This document shows positions 47,897 through 50,064 of a stretch of DNA of 50,064 nucleotides, piece after piece. The DNA is taken from contig JANNXQ010000047.1 in NCBI GenBank assembly GCA_031409655.1, forward strand, positions 1 to 50,064, in the 5' to 3' direction. The DNA is from Chthoniobacteraceae bacterium. Its GTDB lineage: Bacteria > Verrucomicrobiota > Verrucomicrobiia > Chthoniobacterales > Chthoniobacteraceae. A model generated the notes under the pieces. That model ran no database searches. It was given only the letters and a program-made list of their open reading frames with translations, and was not told the origin of the DNA. The first letter of the stretch is position 1, and every line of letters begins with the position of its first letter. Position numbers and translations under genes: made by a program.

Positions 47897-50035
47897 CTAC
47901 GCGAGGGCGCGTGAGATTTCCGCAACGAGGGCTTTGAGGAAGGCGAGGATCACGAGTGAGGCTTCGTCGCTTGGGCGATCTTTCCGCCGCTGCGCCGCGG
48001 TGATCGTGCCGAGCACGCCGGCCAGGTCCGCCACGACCACCGGTTGCGGGCTGTCCGCGATCCATTCATCCATCGTACTCGCGGCGCTCATTTCGGGCGC
48101 GATGCTGGAGATGTGGACAACCTCGACGGCAAAGCCGCGCACCATGCGTTCGAACTTCAGGCGTGGCGGCACGCCGCCGGAAGGTTTGAGCACGGAGCAG
48201 GCACGCACGATGAGCACTTCCAGATAGGCAAAGGAGTTCTCGTCGAGCGCCGAGCGGGTCGCTTCCCAGGCGAAATCGAGCAGGCCGGGAAAATCCGCCT
48301 CGAGGGCATCCATCGCCGAACCGGGATCGGGGTGGACGCGGTGCATGGCCGCGAGCCGCCGATCCACGTCGCGCTCGGAAAGCGCCGGGATCGTCGGTTC
48401 CAGATCGAGATCGCTGCCGAGATCCCCCAGCGCCCCCAAGCCGCTGAGCCCGTCGTCGATCTCGTCGTCTACAAAATCCTCGTCCTCCGCGAAGCCCAGC
48501 GGCGCGGGTTCGGAGATCATCTCGTGGAGGCCGAGTTCGGCGAGCAGCGGGTTGAGATCGAGGTCGAGACCTTCCTTTCTCCGGCGCCGATCAAGGTCGC
48601 GGAGGTGCGTCTTCATGAGGCTCACGAGCTTCGGGCGCAGCGCGGGATCGGTGGCGGCGGCGCGCGGCGTGTGACCGTCGAGCCACGGGATCGGTTCGTC
48701 GAGGAAGGCTTCGTATTGCCGGCGGAAAGTAACGAGCAGCGTCTCTCCAGGGCCGCCCTCGACCGGAGCGACGCGCTGCGAGGCGAGATGGATCCGCTGC
48801 GGATTTTCCAGCAGCCGGGGCGGGACCAGCGCGGCGTCAAAGTCCACCGCATGCCGTCCGAGCGTCTGCGCCCCGAGATCGTCCGCGCGTTCGCCGAGGA
48901 ATTCCACGCGGCCCGCCGCGAGCCGCTCGAAGCGCGCGCGCAAGTCCTGATGCCGGGCGCCGGACATCGCCTCGACCCGTGCGCGCTCGCGTCCGACCAG
49001 CACCCGCCCGAGCACCGTCTCGCCCAGCGCGACCTTCGGACCCGGGGGCAGCGGGAGCGCGAGCTGCCCGGCGTCTTCCACCGGCGCGCGATCGAGCCAG
49101 GTGTAGCCACTGGCAAAGCCCTGCTCCTCCTCTTCGCCGGACACCGTTTCCGGATCCACGTCCGGGTGTTTTGCGAGCAGGGATTCCAGCCGCGCCCCTT
49201 TCAGCACCCGGTAATCCGTCTTCGAATATCGCGCATCGATCGCCGACATGGTGTCCGCCCAGCGCGCACTCTGCACCGCCCCGAGCGCCTCGCAGGTGCG
49301 GGCAAAATTTTGCGCCAGCCACCTCCGCTCACCGACGGGATCGGAGGGCCCGCCGAGATGCCGGACCACTTCGCGCACCACCACCTCCGGCGCCACCTCC
49401 TGCACCTCGGGCACAAACAATCCCCCGCCGCTGACCCGATGGTAGTGCGGCATCGGGTAGCACCAGAGGAGCAGCACGCTGTAGCGGAAGACGGTGCTGG
49501 CCGTGCCGCGATCGATGATCCGCAGCCGCTGCCCGGTCAGCAGCTCCACCCCTTCCACCATCTGCTCGTCGAGGATGCACTCCACTTCGAAGACGACGGG
49601 CCGCGACTCATTCATCCCCGCGAGCAGCACGCGCTCGTCATTACTCAGCCCGCTCCTTTGATCCGCCAGCCAGCGGTCGCCAAAGGTCCGCCCCTCCGCG
49701 TCCCGCTCGCAGTGGTAGAGCCAGGCAAAGCGCGAGTGATTCGCCAGCACCTCATCGCCTCGCTGGTTCTCGATTTCATCCAGCATCCGCTCGCGCTCCG
49801 CCGGCGACATCAGCTTGGTGGCCCGTTCGTACGTTTTGGAAATGAGCCGCGACTCGATCTCCCCGTGCTGTTCGTAATTCGCGGGCGTGAAGGGAAAAAA
49901 CGGGCACTCCACCGGACACGCATGCACCGACCCACGCCCCTCGCCGCACTCCGCGGAAGTAATGTCGCGCCCGAGCACTGGGCAGGCGCGCAAATGTTTC
50001 TTGGACTTGCTCACGCCCCGAATCGTTGCCCGCAT
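47897..50035 (-). CDS. Hypothetical protein with N-terminal 4-Cys motif and Xre/MbcA/ParS-C (DUF2384)-like segment
   Basis: C-x11-C-x9-C-x3-C; FLDEPIPWLDGHTPRAAA. Confidence 0.65.
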   Translation of the reverse strand: MRATIRGVSKSKKHLRACPVLGRDITSAECGEGRGSVHACPVECPFFPFTPANYEQHGEIESRLISKTYERATKLMSPAERERMLDEIENQRGDEVLANHSRFAWLYHCERDAEGRTFGDRWLADQRSGLSNDERVLLAGMNESRPVVFEVECILDEQMVEGVELLTGQRLRIIDRGTASTVFRYSVLLLWCYPMPHYHRVSGGGLFVPEVQEVAPEVVVREVVRHLGGPSDPVGERRWLAQNFARTCEALGAVQSARWADTMSAIDARYSKTDYRVLKGARLESLLAKHPDVDPETVSGEEEEQGFASGYTWLDRAPVEDAGQLALPLPPGPKVALGETVLGRVLVGRERARVEAMSGARHQDLRARFERLAAGRVEFLGERADDLGAQTLGRHAVDFDAALVPPRLLENPQRIHLASQRVAPVEGGPGETLLVTFRRQYEAFLDEPIPWLDGHTPRAAATDPALRPKLVSLMKTHLRDLDRRRRKEGLDLDLNPLLAELGLHEMISEPAPLGFAEDEDFVDDEIDDGLSGLGALGDLGSDLDLEPTIPALSERDVDRRLAAMHRVHPDPGSAMDALEADFPGLLDFAWEATRSALDENSFAYLEVLIVRACSVLKPSGGVPPRLKFERMVRGFAVEVVHISSIAPEMSAASTMDEWIADSPQPVVVADLAGVLGTITAAQRRKDRPSDEASLVILAFLKALVAEISRALA

Positions 50036-50064
50036 GCCCGCGCTGCGGCAACGCTTGTTTTGCT

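Overview
High-GC bacterial chromosomal segment. Gene content (PVC-type heme-CxxCH protein, DUF1501, standalone SWIB, TIGR02597-like protein) points to Verrucomicrobiota, probably Chthoniobacter-like; this is inferred, not searched. Housekeeping genes: nrdR, HIT, rfaE2-like, purN, aroC, cvpA, gatB, pilB/gspE-type ATPase, hisI, trpE, trpG. Other content: a ~15.8 kb minus-strand operon (TPR-metallopeptidase, DUF4159, MoxR, DUF58, BatA/vWA, large coiled-coil protein, vWA/GATase-like, caspase-like protein), several secreted hypothetical proteins, and a repeat-rich spacer (1266-2671) with an IS3-like remnant. The most unusual signal is a family of small elements at stop/start junctions inside operons. 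They are bounded by inverted arrays of 7-bp repeats, often with GNA-triloop mini-hairpins. Two carry a four-helix-bundle (23S-IVP/Avd-like) gene and two are empty. Also notable: a REP-like palindrome translated in frame in two unrelated ORFs, tandem NrdR boxes over the nrdR start/promoter, a degenerate ATP-cone protein next to nrdR, and 18 copies of a PGQGQQ repeat. No rRNA, tRNA or CRISPR array was recognised. All family calls come from motif recognition by eye, with no database searches.
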